A DNA stretch of 34,557 nt from assembly GCA_964449105.1 (NCBI GenBank), contig CAYUYD010000002.1, forward strand, positions 1 to 34,557. The letters are read 5' to 3'. The number at the start of each line of letters is the position of its first letter. Position 1 is the stretch's first letter. This stretch comes from an uncultured Planctomycetaceae bacterium (lineage in GTDB: Bacteria > Planctomycetota > Phycisphaerae > SM23-33). The notes under the pieces were generated by a model. It saw only the letters and a list, made by a program, of their open reading frames with translations. It was not told the DNA's origin and did no database searches. Both the position numbers and the translations under genes were made by a program. Below are positions 1 to 8,297 of this stretch, one piece after another.

Positions 1-1536
1 AGGCTCGGAGTGAGGTTCTATCGGGAGGAATTGAGACCGGCTTCGACAGCCGGCATCCGCCGAGTGCTTATCATCGGCGCAGGAAACGCAGCCGAAGCAC
101 TCCTGCGTGAAATTAACCGGATGAAATCAGAGCGATATCGCGTCATCGGGCTGGTCGATGACGACCCGACAAAGAAGGGCATATTCATTCACGACGTCCC
201 CGTCCGCGGTACAGTTGCCGATATCAGGCAAATCTGCGAAGAAGAAGAGAACATAGACGAGATTCTCATCGCCGTTCCCTCGGCTACGCAGAAAGAGTTG
301 CGACGGATTATCAACGTCTGCCAGGGAACGAAACTGAAATTTCAGACCCTCCCTTCAATGGACGCGCTGATCGACGGGCGTTTCACCGTCAGCCAGTTCC
401 GAACGGTACAGATCGAAGACCTGCTCGGGCGAGAGGCGGTAAAACTGGACACCGACGCGGTCGCGGCTTTCATCAACGGCCGAAGGGTGCTCGTTACCGG
501 CGCCGGAGGGAGCATCGGTTCGGAAATGTGCCGGCAGATATGTCTGTTCGCACCGGCCAAACTGATACTGCTGGAGCAGACCGAAAACGTCATCTTCGAC
601 ATCGGAAATGAACTTCAGCATGATTTCCCCGATATAGATATCACCTCGATTATCTGCGACATCTACGATCGCCGGCGGGTAATGGACGTGTTTGAGTCGG
701 AGAGGCCCGATGTCGTCGTCCACGCCGCTGCACACAAGCACGTTCCGCTTATGGAAACCAATCCGTGCGAGGCCGTCAAAAACAACATCTTCGGGACCAA
801 GAACGTCGCCGACGCTTCCTGCGAGTTCGGCGTGGGCGAATTCGTCCAGATATCCACCGACAAGGCGGTCAATCCATCATCCATAATGGGCGCTACCAAG
901 CGTGTAGCCGAGATTTACACGCAATCGCTCAACGGGCGGGCCGGCTGCCCGACGCAGTTCAAATCGGTGCGGTTCGGGAACGTGCTGGGCTCGAGCGGTT
1001 CGGTCGTTCCGACCTTCGAACGCCAGATCCGCCGGGGCGGGCCGGTTACCGTAACCGACCCGGAAATGACACGGTACTTCATGACTGTCCCGGAGGCGTC
1101 GCAACTGGTCCTCCAGGCCGCTGCTACGGGGTCCGGCGGGGAGATATTCCTACTCGATATGGGCGAACCGGTAAAGATTGTCGATCTCGCCCATGATATG
1201 ATAACGCTCAGCGGCATGAAGGTCGGCGAGGACATCGACATCGTCTTTACCGGCGTTCGCCCCGGCGAAAAACTATTCGAAGAACTCCGCACCGCCGGCG
1301 AAGACATCGCGCCAACCGTCCACCCGAAGGTCAAAATCTGGAAACACCGTATCGTCGAATGGGAACGCATCCAGCAGGTGCTGGAAGAACTCCGGTCATT
1401 GGTAAATTGCTCCGACCGGGGTAAAATCATCGCCGCCATTAAGCGGCTCGTCCCGGAATACGACCCGCAAAACCCGCCCTCGGCGAAAGCCGACGGATTG
1501 CAATCCGTCGGTTCTGTGCAAAAAATAAATACGTAA
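1..1536 (+). CDS. CapD/WbpM/PglF-family polysaccharide biosynthesis protein (NDP-HexNAc 4,6-dehydratase type), 5'-partial
   Basis: The track ORF is 10..1536, but frame 1 stays open back to nt 1, so the N-terminal (membrane) part is probably off-window. Two Rossmann glycine motifs are present (LIIGAGNAAEAL and VLVTGAGGSIGSE). It also has the SDR-type MGATKRVAE segment and a VRFGNVLGSSGSV segment typical of the CapD family. Confidence 0.9.
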   Translation, partial: RLGVRFYREELRPASTAGIRRVLIIGAGNAAEALLREINRMKSERYRVIGLVDDDPTKKGIFIHDVPVRGTVADIRQICEEEENIDEILIAVPSATQKELRRIINVCQGTKLKFQTLPSMDALIDGRFTVSQFRTVQIEDLLGREAVKLDTDAVAAFINGRRVLVTGAGGSIGSEMCRQICLFAPAKLILLEQTENVIFDIGNELQHDFPDIDITSIICDIYDRRRVMDVFESERPDVVVHAAAHKHVPLMETNPCEAVKNNIFGTKNVADASCEFGVGEFVQISTDKAVNPSSIMGATKRVAEIYTQSLNGRAGCPTQFKSVRFGNVLGSSGSVVPTFERQIRRGGPVTVTDPEMTRYFMTVPEASQLVLQAAATGSGGEIFLLDMGEPVKIVDLAHDMITLSGMKVGEDIDIVFTGVRPGEKLFEELRTAGEDIAPTVHPKVKIWKHRIVEWERIQQVLEELRSLVNCSDRGKIIAAIKRLVPEYDPQNPPSAKADGLQSVGSVQKINT

Positions 1537-1545
1537 GGATTCTCC

Positions 1546-2685
1546 GTGAGCAAAAATAATATCCCCCTCTCCAGTCCCGACATCACCGATTCCGAGCGCC
1601 GGGCGGTGACGGCTGTCCTCAAGTCCGACCGTCTGAGCATAGGCCCGCACACCGAAGCGTTCGAAGCCGCCGTGGCTTCACGAGCCGGGCGAAAGTTCGG
1701 CATCGCCGTCAACTCCGGCACGTCCGGGCTGCACCTGTGTGTCAGGGCGCTCGGCATCGGCGATGAAGACGAGGTTATTACCACGCCGTTTTCGTTCGTT
1801 GCCACGACGAATTGCCTACTGTTCGAGCGCGCCCGTCCGGTCTTCGTCGATATCGATCCGGAAAGTTACAATATGGACCCTGCTGCAATCGAAGCCGCCA
1901 TTACGCCGAAAACAAAGGCCGTCCTTCCCGTCGAGGTCTTCGGAAATATGGCCCATTTCGACGAATACGAACGCATCGCCCAAAAGCACAACCTGCTGAT
2001 GATAGAGGATTCATGCGAGGCCCTCGGTGGGGTGTTGAACGGCAGAGCGGCGGGAAACTTCGGCGACTGCGGCGTGTTCGCGTTTTATCCCAACAAGCAG
2101 ATTACCACCGGCGAAGGCGGCCTGATTGTTACCGATTCCGAGGAAATCCGCGACCTGTGCGCCTCGATGCGCAACCAGGGAAGGGCGACCGAGGCCTGGC
2201 TGTCGCACGCCCGTCTGGGGTACAACTATCGCATGAGCGAAATCACTGCCGCGCTCGGCGAGGCGCAGATGCAGCGCCTTGACGAAATCCTCGACAAGCG
2301 CCGCCGGGCAGCAGAAATGTACAACGATGCCCTGGCCGACGTGGAAGAAATCCATCTGCCGCCAATGGCGGAGCGGGAAAACGCCAGTTGGTTCGTCTAT
2401 GTAATCCGCCTGGCCGACGAATTTACCCAGACCGACCGCGACGCGATTATCGCGCATTTGCGCAAAGCCGGTATAGGATGCAGCAACTATTTCGCTCCGA
2501 TTCACCTCCAGCCGTATATCACGGAGATGCTTGGCACAAAGCCGGGTGATTTTCCCATAACTGAAAAAATCGCTGCCCGCACCATCGCCCTGCCGTTCTT
2601 CGCGAACCTCTCCAGGGCACAAGCCTTGAGGGTAACAGAGGTCTTGGAAGAGTCCTTCACTGTGCTGCATTCACGGCAAGATTAA
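1546..2685 (+). CDS. DegT/DnrJ/EryC1/StrS-family PLP-dependent sugar aminotransferase
   Basis: GTG start 10 nt after the upstream stop, with AAGGA just upstream. Motifs seen: NSGTSGLHL, GDEVITTPFSFVAT, FYPNKQITTGEGG (PLP lysine) and GYNYRMSEI. Pairing with the CapD-type dehydratase suggests a 4-amino-4,6-dideoxy-HexNAc pathway. Confidence 0.9.
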   Translation: MSKNNIPLSSPDITDSERRAVTAVLKSDRLSIGPHTEAFEAAVASRAGRKFGIAVNSGTSGLHLCVRALGIGDEDEVITTPFSFVATTNCLLFERARPVFVDIDPESYNMDPAAIEAAITPKTKAVLPVEVFGNMAHFDEYERIAQKHNLLMIEDSCEALGGVLNGRAAGNFGDCGVFAFYPNKQITTGEGGLIVTDSEEIRDLCASMRNQGRATEAWLSHARLGYNYRMSEITAALGEAQMQRLDEILDKRRRAAEMYNDALADVEEIHLPPMAERENASWFVYVIRLADEFTQTDRDAIIAHLRKAGIGCSNYFAPIHLQPYITEMLGTKPGDFPITEKIAARTIALPFFANLSRAQALRVTEVLEESFTVLHSRQD

Positions 2686-2862
2686 AGGCGAAAAAAAATT
2701 TAGAGCGGGCTTTTATATTGCCGAGATTTCCTGATAGAATAAATATATAAAGGATTTCTGGCGGGACGTTAAAATCGTCAGTACTATTCATATCGGGAAT
2801 ATGGCATTATTTGGATTTTGTCACGAGTATCTGTCAGCATTTGACATGAAAGGGCGTCAATT

Positions 2863-3675
2863 ATGATTAGTAAACGAGAAAAAGGATTTACCCTAGTTGA
2901 GTTGTTGGTGGTCATCGCGATTATTGCACTGCTTGTGTCGATCTTGCTGCCGACGCTAAGCCGGGCCAAGGAACTGGCGAAACGCGCTTCGTGTTCCGCG
3001 AATCTGCATTCGCTGGGCCGTTCGGTTTACATGTACGCAAATACCTTCAGAGATTTTATTCCTACATTCATAGATGGCCCCACCGACTTCAGTCCCTACA
3101 CTGTCGGCTATAAGTATAACGAGGAGGCGCCGGCCAGGACGTACGGCAACAGCCGAGGCTGGTTTGCCCTCGTAAAAAAGGGTTACGTGTCGTTGGGGGC
3201 GTTCGGTTGTCCTTCCGACGGTAAGTTCAACAAGGACAACTACGAACTCACAGGTGTCCACGATTTCAGGCCTTTTGCCGGCATGGCCCCTATCAGTTAC
3301 TCTCTGCAAGTGACCAAGAAATGGGCCGGCGGGGTCAGCGGTGTCGCGCTAACCACTTCCGGTAACAGCGGTGTAGTCATCGCCGCGGATCGAAATGGCT
3401 TTACGAAGTGGAAGACATTATTAGATACAATGTCCGACGTAGATAGGGACACTAGTGTTCTGTGGGAAAACAGTACTAAAATCAACTCAGCGAACCATGG
3501 ACGTGATGGCCAGAATGTGCTGAGGCTTGATTCCAGCGTTGCCTGGGAGAAAAGCGCCCTGTGTGGATATAATAAGGACTGCATCTGGACTGCCGCCAAC
3601 AACACGGAACTGGGCGACCCCAACGTTCTGGCAGGCAGGACTCGCGATACCGAGGACAGCTACCTGATGCCCTAG
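2863..3675 (+). CDS. Prepilin-type N-terminal cleavage/methylation domain protein (type II secretion pseudopilin-like, DUF1559-like)
   Basis: N-terminus KGFTLVELLVVIAIIALLVSILLP is the classic G|FTLxE prepilin peptidase site plus hydrophobic helix. The C-terminal HGRDGQNVLRLDSSV resembles the H-X9-DG motif of DUF1559 proteins. An AT-rich 177-nt spacer lies upstream. Confidence 0.88.
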   Translation: MISKREKGFTLVELLVVIAIIALLVSILLPTLSRAKELAKRASCSANLHSLGRSVYMYANTFRDFIPTFIDGPTDFSPYTVGYKYNEEAPARTYGNSRGWFALVKKGYVSLGAFGCPSDGKFNKDNYELTGVHDFRPFAGMAPISYSLQVTKKWAGGVSGVALTTSGNSGVVIAADRNGFTKWKTLLDTMSDVDRDTSVLWENSTKINSANHGRDGQNVLRLDSSVAWEKSALCGYNKDCIWTAANNTELGDPNVLAGRTRDTEDSYLMP

Positions 3676-3789
3676 GAACGGCCGACGCGGTTGGGCGAAT
3701 ATCGGCCTTCGGCAATATCGTCAGATAGATTCTGAAGCGTTCGGAAATCGCTGGTGGGAGGGGAATATCAGGTGCCGTAGGGTAAAACC

Positions 3790-4968
3790 GTGGAGGAAAC
3801 GGTCATTTTGTTACTAACCCATCCCGTAGAAAGGTTTCAAGTCAAGTTTGCCGAATGGCTGGGGGTTGAATCCGCCTTTGCCTTCTGGAAAGGCCGAGTG
3901 GCAATGTATGCCATTCTCAAATGCCTTGGCATCGGCGAAGGCGACGAAGTCATCCTGCCCGGTTACACCTGCGTAATGGACGTCAACCCGATCGAGTATC
4001 TCGGCGCCAAGCCGATCTACGTGGACATTGAACCGGTGACCTACAACATGGACGTAAGTCTGCTGGCCGAGAAGATCACGCCACGGACCAAGGCAATCGT
4101 CGCCCAGCATACCTACGGCTACCCGTGCGAGATGGATGCGATCATGGAGATTGCCAATCGCCACGGAATCCCGGTAGTGGAAGACTGCTGCCTTGCATTG
4201 GGGTCGAGATACAAAGGGCGATTGTGCGGGACGTTCGGCGTGGCTTCATATTGGTCATTCCAGTGGAATAAACCCTTCACTACCGGCATCGGCGGAATGG
4301 CCACTACCGATGATACTGAACTGGCTGAAAAAATCGAAGCAATCCGCAAGGCCGAACTCGTCCGTCCGCCGGCGAAGGCTTCGCTGATGCTCACGATTCA
4401 GCGTGTGATTTATCGGCTGTTTATCTATCCCCGCACGACCGCCCTTGCGACGAGCATGTTCCGCTGGTTGACGAAAAAACATCTGGTCGTCGGCTCGTCC
4501 ACAACGTGCGAGTTTGAACCGACGATGGCGGAGGACTTTTTCATGGGTATCAGCAGCGGTCAGGCGCGGGCAGGTCTGCAACAGATGAAGAAAATTGAAA
4601 AAAATATCGCACATCGCAAAGCAATGCGTAAAACTTACGATAACCTGCTCTGCGAGGCTGGCTGGAATGTGCCGGAAATCCCCGAATACATGGAGCCGGT
4701 CCTTGTCCGATATCCGGTCCGAGTGGCCGATAAGGAACTCGCTATCGCCGAAGCACCCGGCAAGTTTATTGAGTTGGGAACGTGGTTCGAATGTCCTCTG
4801 CACCCGATTGAGACGCCGATGCACCTTTACGGCTACTTCGAGGGGATGTGCCCGGTGGCCGAGAAGGCTTGCAGCGAAGTGGTCAACCTGCCGACGCATC
4901 CGAGAGCACACGAGGCGACTGCCAGGAAGTCAGTGGAGTTCGTTACCGGTATCGGTCGGGCCAATTAA
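3790..4968 (+). CDS. DegT/DnrJ/EryC1/StrS-family PLP-dependent enzyme (second paralog, short N-terminus)
   Basis: Motifs seen: GDEVILPGYTCV, KPIYVDIEPVTYNMD, RTKAIVAQHTYG, VVEDCCLALG and SFQWNKPFTTGIGG (candidate PLP lysine). An in-frame TAG at 3778 prevents upstream extension, so the GTG at 3790 is the earliest possible start. Confidence 0.75.
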   Translation: MEETVILLLTHPVERFQVKFAEWLGVESAFAFWKGRVAMYAILKCLGIGEGDEVILPGYTCVMDVNPIEYLGAKPIYVDIEPVTYNMDVSLLAEKITPRTKAIVAQHTYGYPCEMDAIMEIANRHGIPVVEDCCLALGSRYKGRLCGTFGVASYWSFQWNKPFTTGIGGMATTDDTELAEKIEAIRKAELVRPPAKASLMLTIQRVIYRLFIYPRTTALATSMFRWLTKKHLVVGSSTTCEFEPTMAEDFFMGISSGQARAGLQQMKKIEKNIAHRKAMRKTYDNLLCEAGWNVPEIPEYMEPVLVRYPVRVADKELAIAEAPGKFIELGTWFECPLHPIETPMHLYGYFEGMCPVAEKACSEVVNLPTHPRAHEATARKSVEFVTGIGRAN

Positions 4969-4994
4969 TTACTACTACGGACAAAACGAGAGCC

Positions 4995-5627
4995 ATGAAC
5001 AGAAAGATCGCATTTGCTGGTGGACTGACGGCCGATATCGATTATTTCGTCGAATGGCGGCCTTACCTGTAGCGGCGTCCCATTCTTGACGCACTGATGT
5101 TCCTGGGTGACCTCAGCGGAAAACGCGTACTGAAAATCGGGGGCCGGTCAGCACGTATGACCAGTTTGTTCGCAATGCTGGGCGCTCATGTTACAATGTT
5201 GCAGAAGGGCGGCGTTTCCGAGGCGCAAGCCGAGGTGGAAAAATGGGGCGTCGCCGACCGCGTTCGGCTGCTGTCCACCGACGGTGGATTCGACCAGATA
5301 GAAGGAGAAACCTTCGACGCCGTCTTCACAAAGAGCGTGCTATGGTCCATAGAACATCTTGGGGAGTTCCTCACCGCGATCGAGGCTCACCTGTCGGAGG
5401 GAGGAAAGGTCGTCTTTGTTGAGAATTGCCTTGGCGGGCGATGCCTACAATGGGTTCGGCGAAACGTCATCCGTAGGGGCAGGTTCGGCTATGGGTGCCG
5501 CTACTTCGGAATCCGCCAGGATCAACTTTCATTATTCCGTGATCAATTCGACAGCGTGCAGGTCAAGCGGCGTCTCTGGGCGGTCTATACGATCCTCGGC
5601 CAGAAGAAGCAAAATGCGATTTCGTAA
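4995..5627 (+). pseudogene. Class I SAM-methyltransferase-like gene interrupted by an in-frame TAG (5070..5072)
   Basis: ATG 4995..5069 (MNRKIAFAGGLTADIDYFVEWRPYL) and ORF 5097..5627 are in the same frame, separated only by TAG. The joined product of about 210 aa has methyltransferase-like spacing (LSGKRVLKIGG...FDAVFTKSVLWSIEHL...GGKVVFVEN). Motif I (GGRSA) and the acidic residue after beta-2 are degenerate. Confidence 0.6.
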
Positions 5628-5653
5628 CAGAAAGAAAGACTATTGCCGACGGT

Positions 5654-6697
5654 TTAGCGTGACAGTGGCACCTTTTCCACGTTGATTTTCCCGCCGCGGT
5701 GCAGAATGCAGAACGACCAGATACCCTTGAGACCTCCCAACCCGTAACAGAAGTGCAGGATTGCGAACACCGCCGGCGCCAATGGCGCATATCTCCAGCC
5801 TGCCTTGCGGGCCACGTCGAGGGTGCCGACCAGCAGCCCCAACAAGTACAGCCACGCAAACCCCAGCAACCCATAGCCGATCGGGCGACAGATTAAAGTC
5901 CCGATAATCAGCGCCAGCCAGATGCACACAAGGACCAGCGGAGCGAGTTGACGCAGTGTGGCAGGGCGACTGTGCTTCTGAATAGTCCGAATCCGCCAGA
6001 ATCCATACTGAAAATATTGCTTGGCCAACTTTCGTAGCGAGCCGCGGGCGTAGTAATTACTGCGTATGTTACTGTCCATGTATATCTTGCCTCCGGCCAG
6101 AATCAACCTAAGATTGAAATCGTCATCCTGGTTGCGGACGAGCTGCTCGTCAAACATGCCGATCTTGTCGAACACCCACCGCCAGTAACATGGGAATGTT
6201 ACTGTATCGACGTAGCCTTGATAGTTGCCCAAGCGGAATCTGGCGTTTCCGACGCCGACAGGTGTGGACATGGCTGCGCTGATCACGCCGCCGATGTAAT
6301 TATCGTTAATGGTCTCGATCGCTCCGCCCACGCACCAGGCCTCCGGGTGTTCGAGAAGCGTCTGAACGCTTTTCCTGATGAAATCCTTCGGCACGCTGGA
6401 GTGCCCGCCAATGATGAAAATAATCTCGCCCATTGAGGCATTGATGCCCAGATTGAAGGCCACGGGGGTAATCCGACGTGGGTTTTCAATCAAGCGAATG
6501 CGGTCATCCCGCTCTGCAAGGCGTGTAACGATGTCGCCTGTACCGTCATCGCTCATCCCGTCAACGACGACAATCTCAATCTGCTCGGTCGGGTAATCGT
6601 TTTCCAGAACCGAACGGATGTTCCTCTCAATAAATCCCGCCTCATTGCGGGTCGGAATTATTACGCTCACCAACGGATTAGTATCATTTCGAGCCAT
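5654..6697 (-). CDS. Family 2 glycosyltransferase with C-terminal transmembrane segments (ExoA-like architecture)
   Basis: VSVIIPTRNEAGFIE start region, VVDGMSDDGT (DxD region) and RIRLIENPRR. The hydrophobic C-terminus is LVLVCIWLALIIGTL...LLGLLVG. I chose the ATG at 6697 (MARNDTNPLVSVIIP) rather than the track start at 6808, which would overlap the divergent gene. Confidence 0.88.
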   Translation of the reverse strand: MARNDTNPLVSVIIPTRNEAGFIERNIRSVLENDYPTEQIEIVVVDGMSDDGTGDIVTRLAERDDRIRLIENPRRITPVAFNLGINASMGEIIFIIGGHSSVPKDFIRKSVQTLLEHPEAWCVGGAIETINDNYIGGVISAAMSTPVGVGNARFRLGNYQGYVDTVTFPCYWRWVFDKIGMFDEQLVRNQDDDFNLRLILAGGKIYMDSNIRSNYYARGSLRKLAKQYFQYGFWRIRTIQKHSRPATLRQLAPLVLVCIWLALIIGTLICRPIGYGLLGFAWLYLLGLLVGTLDVARKAGWRYAPLAPAVFAILHFCYGLGGLKGIWSFCILHRGGKINVEKVPLSR

Positions 6698-6800
6698 GTG
6701 CGATTCGCCCAGGAAAAAAACCCTGTTTAGGCCGAAACATCCCAACTTGCAACCGTTTACGGCGCATTGTAGAATCCTATCGGATTTTCGCGGGTGAGTC

Positions 6801-8018
6801 ATGAACATTCTGTATATCCATCAGCATTTTACCACCAACGCCGGCACCAGCGGCACGCGGAGTTATGATTACGCCCGCTATCTCGTTCAGGCCGGTCATA
6901 AAGTTACCGTAATCACGGGCGTCTATGCACTGGGGCCGTTCGGGAAAAATATTCACGGACTCATCGAAACTCGCATCATCGACGGCATCCGGGTCGTCAT
7001 CGTTAACGTACCGTACGACAACAGGATGAACTTCCTGGGGCGGGCTCTCAGTTTCCTGCTTTTTGCGGTACTATCGGTGGTGGCGTGCCTTCGTCAGGGG
7101 CGGGTGGACGTCGTCCTGGCTACGAGTACTCCGCTGACAGTTGGCCTGCCGGCACTGGCGATGCGATGGATCCGCCGCGTACCGTACGTCTTCGAGGTGC
7201 GCGACATCTGGCCTGAATTCGCCGTCTCCATCGGCGTGCTGAAAAACCCCGCTGTGATACGCCTGGCTTATTTCGCTGAACGCCTCTTCTATCGCTGGGC
7301 GTCACGAGTGCAGGTCATCAGCGAAGGTATGCGGCAGATTCTGCTGGAGCGACACATCCGGCCGGAAAAACTTACCGTTATTCCGACGGGCGTCGATCTG
7401 GAGTTGTACAAAGACGTCCAGCCGTACCCGTCGCTGAGAAATGAACTGGGCTGGTCGGACAGGCTTGTCGCTGTCTATGCAGGCGCACACAGCGACGCCA
7501 ACGACCTGGAATACGTCATCGATGCCGCTGAGACCTTGAAGAACGATGCGAGCATCGGATTCCTCCTGATAGGAGATGGTCGCAGGAAGTCCTCTCTCGT
7601 CGCCGAAGTAAAACGACGAAACCTCAAAAACGTCGCATTCCACGACAAGATCGTCAAGAATCGCCTCATACGTATCCTGGCCGACGCCGACGTGGGGATG
7701 CTGATTCTCAAGGACCTGCCCGACTTCAAGTGCGCCATGCCGAACAAGTTGTTCGACTACCTGGCCGCCGGTCTTGCCGTAGCCGTGAACTTCCAGGGAG
7801 ACGCCGCCGACCATCTCGACGAAACCGGCGCGGGCATCGCGACAGACGCTTCAAACCCAAAGGCGCTGGCATTGGCCCTTGAGCGATGGGCGAACCGCCC
7901 CAATGAACTGCAACAGGCAAAAAACGCGGCCATTAAACTGGCGAAAAAATTCGATCGAAAACTCTGGGCGAAAAAACTGGATGAGATTCTGACCGAGGTG
8001 GCGGCGGAACGACCCTGA
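6801..8018 (+). CDS. Family 4 glycosyltransferase (WbuB-like)
   Basis: N-terminus MNILYIHQHFTTNAGTSGTRSYDYARYLVQAGHKVTVITG is typical of WbuB-type GT4 enzymes. The C-terminal half has a GT-B Rossmann fold (LVAVYAGAHSDANDLEYVI...PNKLFDYLAAGLAV). Confidence 0.85.
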   Translation: MNILYIHQHFTTNAGTSGTRSYDYARYLVQAGHKVTVITGVYALGPFGKNIHGLIETRIIDGIRVVIVNVPYDNRMNFLGRALSFLLFAVLSVVACLRQGRVDVVLATSTPLTVGLPALAMRWIRRVPYVFEVRDIWPEFAVSIGVLKNPAVIRLAYFAERLFYRWASRVQVISEGMRQILLERHIRPEKLTVIPTGVDLELYKDVQPYPSLRNELGWSDRLVAVYAGAHSDANDLEYVIDAAETLKNDASIGFLLIGDGRRKSSLVAEVKRRNLKNVAFHDKIVKNRLIRILADADVGMLILKDLPDFKCAMPNKLFDYLAAGLAVAVNFQGDAADHLDETGAGIATDASNPKALALALERWANRPNELQQAKNAAIKLAKKFDRKLWAKKLDEILTEVAAERP

Positions 8019-8021
8019 GCA

Positions 8022-8297
8022 TCATTTTCGCCTACGGTGAGGCCGGCAGCGGTCCGGCGGGATGCGATCGTCGAACATCCGCCGGTAAAATCTCAGTAGA
8101 AATTCCTTCTCTTTTCCCCAGTTTAACTCGTCTCTAACTGCCTTCTGTCCATTGCAGGCGAATTGCAGCATCCGGTCTGGATCGGCCAGCAAATCGGCAA
8201 CCTGGTCGGCCAGTTGTTCGGGATTGTCAGGATTCACAAGGATTTCCCCCCGGCAGTAGTTGACGTATTCGCGCGTGCACGGCAGGTCGCTCGCCAC
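8022..8297 (-). pseudogene. C-terminal remnant of a GT4/GT1-type glycosyltransferase (no N-terminal domain)
   Basis: VASDLPCTREYVNYCRGEILVNPDNPEQLADQVADLLADPDRM...AVRDELNWGKEKE matches only the last ~90 residues of GT-B transferases (xxASDxxxxxExVxxxxxGxLVxPxDxxxLAxxIxxLLxD). It starts exactly at the stop codon of the intact GT4 upstream, in another frame, and that frame is open only to 8351. Confidence 0.65.

Noticed and set aside
915-1805. Long antisense or overlapping ORFs inside confident genes. Examples are 915..1805(-), 16215..16949(-), 19440..20192(+), 22325..23110(+), 25177..25980(+), 26886..27887(-), 27988..28899(+), 28718..29503(+) and 29904..30677(+).
   Set aside because: Their translations are Arg/Pro/Gly/Ala-rich, low-complexity and without motifs. 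They lie opposite or out of frame to ORFs with clear family signatures. They are typical shadow ORFs of GC-rich DNA.
5070-5072. Reading the in-frame TAG in the methyltransferase-like gene as pyrrolysine or programmed read-through.
   Set aside because: No pyl genes or recoding signals are visible. The degenerate SAM motifs make a pseudogene or a sequencing error far more likely.
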